Positions 37,920-45,980 of a stretch of 64,000 nucleotides of DNA are shown here, piece by piece (position 1 is the first letter of the stretch; every line of letters begins with the position of its first letter). The translations under genes were made by a program, and so were the position numbers. Location of the stretch: IMG/VR virus record IMGVR_UViG_3300047472_000309, positions 1 to 64,000 of that record; one strand, given 5' to 3'. The notes below the pieces were generated by a model. The model ran no database searches. It was not told where the DNA came from and was given only the letters and a program-made list of their open reading frames with translations.

Positions 37920-38840
37920 ATGAGCCGTATCGCACAAACGCTGTTGCCGCAAGGTTACGCGTTCGGCGCTGGCGTGAATATCCCGATGGCGGATCTGCAG
38001 TATTCCGCGCAAATGGGTTACGCACCGGATCTGACGGAGTGGGTCGGTAATCAGGCGTACGTGCGCCGGAACCTGATCGCTCTGTTGATCGAAGCCCCGA
38101 CCGCTTTCTCGGACCTGCCGAACCCGGACTACTGGATCGGCACGCTGCGCGCCCTGGTCGAGCTGCACCCGCTCACCATCACGGGCCTGAGCTCCACGCT
38201 CACGGTCGACACCACGGACGGCAACCCCGTCGGCGGTGGCGGTCAGGTGCAAGAAGAATTCACCGACGTGAAGGAAAGCCGTTCGCAGCCGAACTTCCGC
38301 TGGAACGAAAAGTACGGCATGCCGATCAACCGCTTCCTGCGCGGCTGGATTCAGTACTGCATGATGGACCCGAACAGCAAGGTCGCCTCGATCAACACGA
38401 TCGCGGGCAACCAAGTCACCGACATGCTGCCGGACCGTTACACGATGACCTGCGCGTTCATCGAACCGGACCCGACCCACACCAAGGTCAACAAGTCCTG
38501 GCTCGTGACGAACATGTTCCCGAAGACCTCGGGCGAAGTCACTGGTCAGCGCGATCTGAACAGCGGCGGCGAAATCGTGGCATACGACGTCGAGTTCGCA
38601 GGTATTGCGCAGTTCGGTCTGGGTGTCGACGCGTTCAACCAGACGCTGCTCAACGGCATCAACATCACTGGCGCGAACCCGTACGAGCGGGCACCGTTCG
38701 TCGATTCGATCGCCGCTGACGTGGCCAACTGGGGCACCTCGAACTACGCGCAAGGCATCAGCGACCTCGCTGCTGGCGCTGCGCAAGTTCAAGCCGGTCT
38801 GACCGGTAGCGACTCCCTCTCGGTGAACGTCACGTTCTAA
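37920..38840 (+). CDS. Tail tube protein (phiKZ gp30-like)
   Basis: 306 aa, FIEPDPT and NMFPK motifs; directly after the sheath gene. Confidence 0.88.
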   Translation: MSRIAQTLLPQGYAFGAGVNIPMADLQYSAQMGYAPDLTEWVGNQAYVRRNLIALLIEAPTAFSDLPNPDYWIGTLRALVELHPLTITGLSSTLTVDTTDGNPVGGGGQVQEEFTDVKESRSQPNFRWNEKYGMPINRFLRGWIQYCMMDPNSKVASINTIAGNQVTDMLPDRYTMTCAFIEPDPTHTKVNKSWLVTNMFPKTSGEVTGQRDLNSGGEIVAYDVEFAGIAQFGLGVDAFNQTLLNGINITGANPYERAPFVDSIAADVANWGTSNYAQGISDLAAGAAQVQAGLTGSDSLSVNVTF

Positions 38841-38867
38841 GACGCGAACCAAAAAAAGATGGATTAG

Positions 38868-38916
38868 CGGCATAGAGCCCAAGAGACCCGCAAAGGTCTC
38901 TTGGGCTTTTATGCTG
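38868..38916. repeat. CGGCATA-hairpin-TATG palindrome / bidirectional terminator
   Basis: AGCCCAAGAGACC-CGCAAA-GGTCTCTTGGGCT stem between convergent genes. Confidence 0.8.
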
Positions 38917-38924
38917 TTATGCCA

Positions 38925-39158
38925 TTAACGCGGGTAGAGGCGTTTGAACTGATCGGTGCGCTTGTAGCACTTTTCCTTCAGGCTGTACTCCATGTTGCCA
39001 GGAGCGAGCTGGTTGTACAACCCCAGATCGTTAGAAGCCTGCGGTTTCGAGATACCGAAGTAATCTTCGATCAAGCGCCGCCGAACACTGCCATAGTGGT
39101 CCAGCACTGTATCGATCAGGCGAATGCGTTGCTCAACCGCATAGTTCAGTTTGTCCAT
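38925..39158 (-). CDS. Standalone winged-helix protein resembling the N-terminal DNA-binding domain of CapW/BrxR WYL regulators
   Basis: QRIRLID...G.V.R..I..YFGISKPQASNDL..Y..LAPGNMEY matches the recalled CapW/BrxR wHTH pattern; GGAGGA RBS; no WYL domain. Confidence 0.8.
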   Translation of the reverse strand: MDKLNYAVEQRIRLIDTVLDHYGSVRRRLIEDYFGISKPQASNDLGLYNQLAPGNMEYSLKEKCYKRTDQFKRLYPR

Positions 39159-39182
39159 ATTCCTCCAGTTGTTCGCGTTGTA

Positions 39183-40580
39183 TTAAGCCGTTTCGACTTC
39201 TTCCTCTTCCTCGAGCGGCTGATTTTCCAGCCACTTGTTGGAGATCACCTTGAACGAGCGACCGGTGACGTGGTTCTTCATTACGAGGCCTTCACGCAGC
39301 TTGGTGGACCCTGCAGCGAGCAGCGCTGACGGGCCGTCGGCGAGCTTCAGCAGTGCCTTGATATCAGCGGGCAGCTTGATGCGAGTCAGCTTCGGATCAA
39401 CCGGGATGTAATTCAAACCCAGGTAAGCAGCGATCGCTTTGGTTTCATCCGGCGTGAACCGGTAAGTGCCGTTGCCATAAGCACGGTACACAAAGAACTG
39501 ATCGACTGGGAAGCCTTCCGCACCGCCATTGAACGATGGCCCCACCATTTCACCCTGGACTGCAACGATCTTGCCGTGGGCGAATTCCAGCCCGATACCC
39601 TTGGCAATCGACACATCCATCATCAACGCCTTGTTCAGCGCTTTCAGATTGGCAGTAATGTCGTTGTTGATCATCCAACGCACGAGTGGTACACACTTCG
39701 GATCGTACTCGGTCTTCCAGGTCGGTACCGGACAGGCACCACCGCGCAGTCGCCGCGGCACGAAGCGCATCCAGTCCGACAGATAGACACGGAACGATTC
39801 TTTCCAGGTATAAGGGACGGTTTCGGTACGTAGCGAGAAGTTACGTTGCGCCAGACCAATGGAGCCGTCGTCCAGATCCTGGTAGGCCATGGCCGACTCA
39901 CCGTCGAGCTTGATCGAGCCCTCCCAGTCGTCGCCTTCTTTCACGAGCCGTGGGTATTCCTTGCCCAGGTTCTGTACGCGCTCTTCGTCTGACTTCACGT
40001 GACCACGCGGGAAGTCTTGCAGACCATCGACGAGAATCCCCTTGATCAACCGCATGCGTAGCTTCCACCACCAGCTGTTCGTACCGCGCCCGCCTGCACC
40101 AGATTCTTCGGCTAGACGCCGTAGGTATTGCTTGTACTCGACCGGGTTCACGTACTTCAGAATGCCGAGCTCCTGCGTGATGTTGACTTCATCTTCGCTA
40201 TGTACGGCCTGCGTGACCTTCATAAGCAACGCCGGAATGCTCTGCAGGTTCTTCAGCTGCATGAGTAGTCCCTGCGAGAGCGTCGAGCGCAGCTTGAGCG
40301 TCTTGATCACGGCATACTCCTTCTCGCCGTTTTCCATGTCCTTCTTCACCAGCAGGTACTTCTTATCGAAGTCTCCCCAGACCGGCGAGTCAAGCGGCAC
40401 GGCTGCATCGATCTCGAAGTACACAGCCGTCTGTCCGACCTGATACAGGTCTTTCTCGACCACGCACTCCCAACCCCCGACGACCGCGATCTCCAGCCGA
40501 TCGGCCTTCTTGATCGGCTTGATCTCATCGATCTTGACGATACGGGCGAGCGCCCGCGTTTCTTCTTTTACGAACGGCAT
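39183..40580 (-). CDS. RNA ligase (Rnl2/DRB0094-like) with N-terminal OB fold
   Basis: Start MPFVKEE; ADRLE..V.GW OB domain; nucleotidyltransferase motifs KLDGES, QGEMVG, REGLVMK and FKVIS. Confidence 0.9.
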   Translation of the reverse strand: MPFVKEETRALARIVKIDEIKPIKKADRLEIAVVGGWECVVEKDLYQVGQTAVYFEIDAAVPLDSPVWGDFDKKYLLVKKDMENGEKEYAVIKTLKLRSTLSQGLLMQLKNLQSIPALLMKVTQAVHSEDEVNITQELGILKYVNPVEYKQYLRRLAEESGAGGRGTNSWWWKLRMRLIKGILVDGLQDFPRGHVKSDEERVQNLGKEYPRLVKEGDDWEGSIKLDGESAMAYQDLDDGSIGLAQRNFSLRTETVPYTWKESFRVYLSDWMRFVPRRLRGGACPVPTWKTEYDPKCVPLVRWMINNDITANLKALNKALMMDVSIAKGIGLEFAHGKIVAVQGEMVGPSFNGGAEGFPVDQFFVYRAYGNGTYRFTPDETKAIAAYLGLNYIPVDPKLTRIKLPADIKALLKLADGPSALLAAGSTKLREGLVMKNHVTGRSFKVISNKWLENQPLEEEEEVETA

Positions 40581-40591
40581 TGTAATTCTCT

Positions 40592-40993
40592 TTAGATAAG
40601 TACGTCGCGAATAAACGGAACGCGAAACTGCGCCTGCTCTTTCAGCCAAGCGCGGGTCTGCCAGTAGTCCTTGTGCCAGATCGAATCAATCTTACAATCG
40701 TGATCGACACTCAGCGTAAAGCCAAACTCATCCCCCGTCTCTAACACAAAGACGAGATGATAGCCGAGCTGCCAGCATTGGTCCCACCATTCATCTTGCT
40801 GATCAATGATGGCGGGCGTGAAGTACCAGGAGGCGGCTTGCGCGCCAGAGTCAAACGACAGATGCAGTCGCTGAAGGGCGCGCAGATAACCCATCTGAAT
40901 CTCGAGCATCATGAAGTTATACGTTGCTTCATCACGCGCATGGTGATGCAAGAATAACTGCAAACGAGTATCGAGATTAAGATGACGTGCCAT
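40592..40993 (-). CDS. Hypothetical protein
   Basis: Start MARHLNL with GGAG RBS. Confidence 0.7.
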   Translation of the reverse strand: MARHLNLDTRLQLFLHHHARDEATYNFMMLEIQMGYLRALQRLHLSFDSGAQAASWYFTPAIIDQQDEWWDQCWQLGYHLVFVLETGDEFGFTLSVDHDCKIDSIWHKDYWQTRAWLKEQAQFRVPFIRDVLI

Positions 40994-41432
40994 CAGGGAG
41001 CTCCGGTTTCGGAAAATGATCTTTGGTGATCTCACCCATGATCCGTACGCGCCAACCCATGGATTCAAGATGATTCTTCGCGTGCTGGATGAATAAGTGA
41101 CGGTGGCAAAACACCCCCGCCGGGCAGTAGCACCCATACGCAGCGTATGGGTACACGGAGAGGCGATCCCACACTGCTCGATGCAGGTCACGGGACTCCA
41201 CCATCTTGTCTTCGTAAAGCTCCGTGTAGCTCTGCTCGTTCAGGCGCCCTTCCTTGTACGCCTTCACATTCTCCCAGTCGGGCGCAAATGCCAGGACCCC
41301 GTCCTTCGCAGTAGTATTAATGAGTTTTATTTTTTGCTTGCCACGAGCAGTTTCGATTTCCTCATTCTCGATTCGTCGCCATTGGGCTATCTGAATCGTC
41401 CAGAGGAAGAACTGGGGAGGTTTCTCTTCCAT
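40977..41432 (-). CDS. DUF488-like protein (intact copy with a replaced N-terminus)
   Basis: FAPDW and CYCPAGVFCHRHL motifs; AAGGA RBS inside the endonuclease gene. Confidence 0.75.
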   Translation of the reverse strand: MEEKPPQFFLWTIQIAQWRRIENEEIETARGKQKIKLINTTAKDGVLAFAPDWENVKAYKEGRLNEQSYTELYEDKMVESRDLHRAVWDRLSVYPYAAYGCYCPAGVFCHRHLFIQHAKNHLESMGWRVRIMGEITKDHFPKPELPDGTSS

Positions 41433-42198
41433 TTAATTCCTTGTAGATCCCTGCGTTAACGCGATTGGTGATCGTTGTGGTGGTTAGCCCAAGCTCTTTA
41501 GCGGCTAACCCTCGGCTGGCATAGACAACATCGTCTATAACGACTGGTTTAGCGCGATAAAGCATACCCAGGTGTTTGTTAAGCACAGTCTCAGGAGGAT
41601 CTTTTCTCCCTAGGGCTACCTCACTCAGTTTCTTTTTGTGTTCTTCACTGAGATGACCACCAAGTTTTGCTTGTCGCATAACCTCTTTGGCTTCTGGCGA
41701 AACTACGTGCGTTCGGCCAGTACTGCTGAGTCTGAATTTTTCGATTGCTTCTGGAGAATGTCTGTAGCCTTTGTTGTAGCCGGGATTATTCTGATGCTCC
41801 TGAAGCAAAGCTTGTCGCAATTTCTCGACATGTTCAGGAGACAGTTTTCTTCCTACTAATTTCTCCTTCATTCTTTTTATTGAATCCGGAGATTGGCCTA
41901 CAGAACAATGCCGCGCATCATCAGACAAGTTCAAGAAAAGCGGACTCCCATAGAACTCATCAATGATAGATTGTTCAAGGTCAAACGCCGCTTCTCTGTT
42001 CTCAACTTCTACAGACACGAAGTCAAAATTGGGATTACGATTATACGCTCGTTGAAATTTATAATTCGGATGCCGCTTATTCCTCAGAGCACTCCTATGT
42101 TTACTCTCTCGATAAACATCATCTTTCGTACTACCCGCATAAACCTCGTCAGTCTCGGGATTGTGAAAGATGTAGACTTTGTGGTTTTCTTCAGGCAT
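41362..42198 (-). CDS. GIY-YIG homing endonuclease with NUMOD3 repeats
   Basis: KVYIFHNPETDEVYAGST, HPNYKFQRAYN, repeated S-P/E-E units, PVVIDDVVYAS HTH; AT-rich insert. Confidence 0.9.
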   Translation of the reverse strand: MPEENHKVYIFHNPETDEVYAGSTKDDVYRESKHRSALRNKRHPNYKFQRAYNRNPNFDFVSVEVENREAAFDLEQSIIDEFYGSPLFLNLSDDARHCSVGQSPDSIKRMKEKLVGRKLSPEHVEKLRQALLQEHQNNPGYNKGYRHSPEAIEKFRLSSTGRTHVVSPEAKEVMRQAKLGGHLSEEHKKKLSEVALGRKDPPETVLNKHLGMLYRAKPVVIDDVVYASRGLAAKELGLTTTTITNRVNAGIYKELNGRETSPVLPLDDSDSPMATNRE

Positions 42199-42214
42199 CT
42201 CTCATAATCCCTTC

Positions 42215-42544
42215 TTAATGTCGGAACCCCAGCCCCACCCCTGACTTGGCCGTGGTGTCAATCAGCTTGATGTGATCCACATCCCGACCCATCAGGTAGG
42301 GGTTTTCAGCCCCAGCTGGGTCGGCGGTAGCCGGTGATGGGATCGATGACGTCGTGCTTGACGGTGCCGAATCCGAGGGTGGGGTCGACGATGCCGTCGG
42401 GGTTGACGTCAACGCGGCGTTCGATGTCGCGCTTCGTGCGCGCAGCAGCCTGTGCTGCCCAAGCTGAATTGTCCAGAGAAAGAACTGCGGGGTAGGACTT
42501 GGGGATGCTGGTGTGTCGGTAGACGAGATGGCGGATGCGTCCAC
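42215..42544 (-). pseudogene. Orphaned original 5' part of the DUF488-like gene
   Basis: PQFFLWTIQ...IKLIDTTAKSGV duplicates the N-terminus of 40977-41432, then stops just before the endonuclease. Confidence 0.7.
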
Positions 42545-43079
42545 AGGTCGGACCTCCCGTACGGTAGTTAAGGGATTCCCAGTCCGTGCGCTCGAGCACG
42601 TAACCGTTTGCGTCCAGCGACGCTTCGTCGAAGAGGACCGCGCCGACGACCGCGCCTTCGGGGGCCTTCTGGTTAAAGAGCTGGGCGATGTGGATGCGGC
42701 TCGCGAAGCCCATCAGGCTCGGCGTATTACTGCGTTGCACCAGACGGTGGATCGCGCTGTGATGATAGTCGACCATGAAGTGGCCGATCTCGTGGTTATG
42801 CAGCCCAGCCTGGTAATCGAAGTTGTCTTCCCGATACATCTTCGTGATGTCGTCGATATGACTTCCGTTCATGTCCAGCAGATGCGGTGCAACGTGAAAC
42901 TCTTTACAGGCGCTATACGCCTCTTCTGCGCAATGCAGCACCTGACCCTGCAAGACGTTCTTCAGACGGCTCAGAGCGTGGTTTAAGAGCGCCGGAGCAC
43001 CATCCTTGTACACGGGGCGACCCGCTTGGTCCAAAGTGATGATCAACTGCACGTTTTCTTTGCGGTTTTGTTCTTTCAT
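42306..43079 (-). CDS. Hypothetical protein, possibly a degenerate DHFR-like fold
   Basis: LIITLDQAG and RIHIAQL...GAVLF loosely follow the DHFR strand pattern; start may be GTG 43052. Confidence 0.5.
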   Translation of the reverse strand: MKEQNRKENVQLIITLDQAGRPVYKDGAPALLNHALSRLKNVLQGQVLHCAEEAYSACKEFHVAPHLLDMNGSHIDDITKMYREDNFDYQAGLHNHEIGHFMVDYHHSAIHRLVQRSNTPSLMGFASRIHIAQLFNQKAPEGAVVGAVLFDEASLDANGYVLERTDWESLNYRTGGPTCGRIRHLVYRHTSIPKSYPAVLSLDNSAWAAQAAARTKRDIERRVDVNPDGIVDPTLGFGTVKHDVIDPITGYRRPSWG

Positions 43080-43094
43080 GGTCCCTGCAACAAC

Positions 43095-43141
43095 AAAAAA
43101 TAAAGATGTCACAAACTCCCAGGGGCCGAAACCCCTGGGAG
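43095..43141 (-). terminator. Intrinsic terminator
   Basis: CTCCCAGGGG-CCGAAA-CCCCTGGGAG stem with an A-rich flank. Confidence 0.7.
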
Positions 43142-43182
43142 CGTTCTCAGCTACTGCCCCCATAAACGGAAGTGGCGCTCGC

Positions 43183-43668
43183 TTAGTCGCTCAGCGCCGA
43201 CGCGGCGATGTCCGTCAGGTGATCGCGCACCTTCTTGAATTCGCCACGCGATTGCGACGCGCCGTAGAAGTCGAGCTTCATCGAGCCCGTGCCGAACTTG
43301 GTGGTCGGCTCTTGGCCCGGTGCACGCACTTGCGACGAGCGCTCGAAGACGCCTTCGAACTTCGACTTGCCGACCGTCGGGAACACAGCTTGCACTTCGT
43401 TGACGGTCTTGTGCTTCTTGAAGAAGTCGACGCCGGTTTCGCCGAGTGCCAGGAACGATGCTGCGGCGAAGCGCGTGTTGTGGTTGTCGATCGCGAGCAC
43501 CGTGTCGGCGCTCACGCCTTCGGGCAGCAGTTCGACGTACACGCCCTTCAGCTTTTCCGGATCGGCCAAGCCAGTCTTCGGATCGAGGTGGATGTGCTTC
43601 TTGATCTTGTCGGCCAGTTCACGCGTTTCCGGCTTGAAGACGATGGATTCTTTAACAGTCGTGGTCAT
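43183..43668 (-). CDS. Highly expressed early hypothetical protein
   Basis: 161 aa, chimallin-like codon bias, AAACAAGGA RBS. Confidence 0.85.
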   Translation of the reverse strand: MTTTVKESIVFKPETRELADKIKKHIHLDPKTGLADPEKLKGVYVELLPEGVSADTVLAIDNHNTRFAAASFLALGETGVDFFKKHKTVNEVQAVFPTVGKSKFEGVFERSSQVRAPGQEPTTKFGTGSMKLDFYGASQSRGEFKKVRDHLTDIAASALSD

Positions 43669-43736
43669 GATACGTTTCCTTGTTTATCGGATTTAAGAAA
43701 GAGAGTGACTACTGGAGTCCTTGAGCTCAAGAACTA

Positions 43737-44222
43737 CTATTTGCTTCGAGCGTACTGGTTGCCGCCGGAAGGCTGCCGAGAAATCGTCGGGCGGCTCCCG
43801 TACGGCTTCCGCGGCGTTCTCACCTCAGTGCGGTTGGAGGGCACCGAGTTGAACTTGTCGACCAATGCTTCCACTGCCGCCGGGGCTACTGCCACCGGCG
43901 TGTCGATGCGCGCAGCTTTGAGCGCGGGACTGGAAAGGATGTGGCCGGAGATGTGGGTTTTGCCCTTTTGCAGGTCGCGACTGACTTGATCGCGCCCGCC
44001 GAAGACGATGAACTTGCCTTCGAGTTTGAAGAAACTGATCGTGCCGCCATGGAACTGCGGACAGTCTTGCGAGAGGTCGATCATGGCAAGCGCTGCGTCG
44101 GAGAAGTTGATGTCTTTCACCGCGACAGAAGCGATGCTACCGGAGCCAGCTTTGGCCATGACTTTGGTCAGCGAGTACTGCTGGTCTTTGAAGGTCAGGA
44201 TGACTTTCGAAATATCTTCCAT
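43737..44222 (-). CDS. Early hypothetical protein
   Basis: Likely start MEDISK below an early promoter; the track's longer start runs through the promoter. Confidence 0.7.
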   Translation of the reverse strand: MEDISKVILTFKDQQYSLTKVMAKAGSGSIASVAVKDINFSDAALAMIDLSQDCPQFHGGTISFFKLEGKFIVFGGRDQVSRDLQKGKTHISGHILSSPALKAARIDTPVAVAPAAVEALVDKFNSVPSNRTEVRTPRKPYGSRPTISRQPSGGNQYARSK

Positions 44223-44333
44223 GATAGATGCAGAGAATTCCTCGTGTTTAGGGACGATACTGTTATCGCATAGCAGGAGTCGCACACGTAAAATAATTCG
44301 CGTATTTGAATGCTTCTGTTTCTGCTCAATGTA

Positions 44334-44362
44334 GTAATATAGGTCCAACAAATCTTTGAATC
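44334..44362 (-). promoter_or_regulatory. Early promoter, near-identical to the chmA promoter
   Basis: GATTCAAAGATTTGTTGGACCTATATTAC. Confidence 0.85.
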
Positions 44363-44418
44363 ATGCGGATCAACGGCATAAGCCCCAGGGTTTCCCCTGG
44401 GGCTCGCTTACGGTGGTG

Positions 44419-45219
44419 TCACCACTGCAAGAAGGCGGGCTTCTTCGCCCCTTCGGTTTCGGTTGTGTCCCAGCCCATCGCTTGAAACAGTTCCTGTCCC
44501 GTCAAGATGGCTGATTCCTGAGCTACCCCGTACATCGAGTTACGCTTGATGCCGCGCTCGATCTGACCCCGGCTAAACAGGTGGTCGAAGTCCTGCGTGT
44601 TGCGATCGCTCGCGCCCACGTGGGCTCCTTCCAGTGCCGGTGCCTTGAACTTCTCCGCCGCTGCCAGTCCGGGTTCCAACACTTGGTCCCAGGTGACGAT
44701 GGTGCGCAAAATGCGCTTGCAGGTGCCACGCTCCATGAAGTCGTCAGTGAACGCCCGGATCGAGAAGCAGACGTTCTCGTTCGGATTGTCCAGCGATCGA
44801 CGCAGCTGCTCGCCATGGGGACCCGACGGATAGACGCGCGAGATGATAGCGATCACGGGGTTCCCGTGGTCATCTTTCACCCGATCGAAATCCAGGTAGA
44901 TCTCCTTGTGGTGGCAGCACACGTTGTCTTCATAGATCGACATCACGCGCTGTGCAAACTGCTCTTCACTCATGCCAGGCAGTGGCTTGGGATGACCCAG
45001 CTCACCACGCAGCACGCCGCGCTTCACGCGTCGCATGAAGGTGCTCGAGCCCTCGAACAGATCACGGGCTTGGTCGTACACGTAGTACTGACCAATTGAG
45101 TTGAAGACGTTCAGCGCCCCGACCACTAGCTCGTAGTAGCCGTTCTCGTCTTTCTTCAACACCCCGCTCTTGTTCGATGCCGCGAGTGCCGTACACGCGA
45201 ATCGAATTTGATTGCCCAT
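44419..45219 (-). CDS. Prohead (head maturation) serine protease (phiKZ gp175-like)
   Basis: Start MGNQIRF; GELGHP, FSIR and TWD.V.EPG motifs; C-terminal ALE and AQE sites. Confidence 0.9.
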   Translation of the reverse strand: MGNQIRFACTALAASNKSGVLKKDENGYYELVVGALNVFNSIGQYYVYDQARDLFEGSSTFMRRVKRGVLRGELGHPKPLPGMSEEQFAQRVMSIYEDNVCCHHKEIYLDFDRVKDDHGNPVIAIISRVYPSGPHGEQLRRSLDNPNENVCFSIRAFTDDFMERGTCKRILRTIVTWDQVLEPGLAAAEKFKAPALEGAHVGASDRNTQDFDHLFSRGQIERGIKRNSMYGVAQESAILTGQELFQAMGWDTTETEGAKKPAFLQW

Positions 45220-45239
45220 TGTGTTCTCGACTTGTTGAC

Positions 45240-45965
45240 TTATGCTCGCAAGAGAGACTCGATGCGCTCCACGCGATCCGCCGGATTCACGAGAGCAGAC
45301 ACCAGAGCATCTCCAAAGTACGACCCGGCGAGCTTGTTGGTCGTATTGGTCGCTGCGTACTGCACTGAGCGCAGCGGAATGAACGCAGGCTTCACGACGC
45401 TTAGCTGGGAGAGGTCTTCGATCGTGGTCCGGTAATACTGGTTGCGATCTTTCTCCGAGCGCGAGATCATCGAAATGATCAGCTCCGTGACTTCCTGGTT
45501 GGCCCCGATGTTGGCTCCGGCATGATACAGCGCCGTGTCGAAGATTTTCCCGAGCTCCAGATAGCCCAAGTACCAAGGTACCCGACCCTTCGAGATGATC
45601 TCGTCGTAGATTTTGTACACCAACACGTCGGTCTTCACCAGATCCGTGCTTGTGACCACGACGCTACCCGCATCGAAGCTGAACTCGTAATACTCATCCC
45701 CGTCGATTTGTATCTTCAGGGTCGCCGTCGGTTCGATGGGCAACATGGCATTCACCATGGAGACGCCATAGTACACATCCTCTACGACAATCGCATAGAT
45801 TCCCACAATGTAGGTTTCAATGCCGATCTGAGCGAGGCCTCGTTCTGCGAAGCGCGCCGGAATATAGATCTTCACCGGTTTCTTGCAGACGAGGCTCCCA
45901 TTTGGAAGTTCTTCGAGGTAAGCCTGGACCCGTTTGGGATCGCGAATGAGTTTACTCACGTCCAT
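45240..45965 (-). CDS. Conserved protein (phiKZ gp176-like)
   Basis: 241 aa; synteny between protease and vRNAP. Confidence 0.75.
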   Translation of the reverse strand: MDVSKLIRDPKRVQAYLEELPNGSLVCKKPVKIYIPARFAERGLAQIGIETYIVGIYAIVVEDVYYGVSMVNAMLPIEPTATLKIQIDGDEYYEFSFDAGSVVVTSTDLVKTDVLVYKIYDEIISKGRVPWYLGYLELGKIFDTALYHAGANIGANQEVTELIISMISRSEKDRNQYYRTTIEDLSQLSVVKPAFIPLRSVQYAATNTTNKLAGSYFGDALVSALVNPADRVERIESLLRA

Positions 45966-45980
45966 GACTTACCCCCGCGC

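Noticed and set aside
35700-38882. 1060-aa - strand ORF antisense to sheath and tube
   Set aside because: Shadow of two highly biased in-frame genes; no protein-like features
41362-42240. Group I intron housing the endonuclease
   Set aside because: No room for a ribozyme core: 16 nt upstream and overlapping coding sequence downstream. The duplicated N-terminus makes splicing unnecessary.
44419-45576. 385-aa version of the protease in the track
   Set aside because: The extension overlaps the gp176-like gene; the plausible start is ATG 45219
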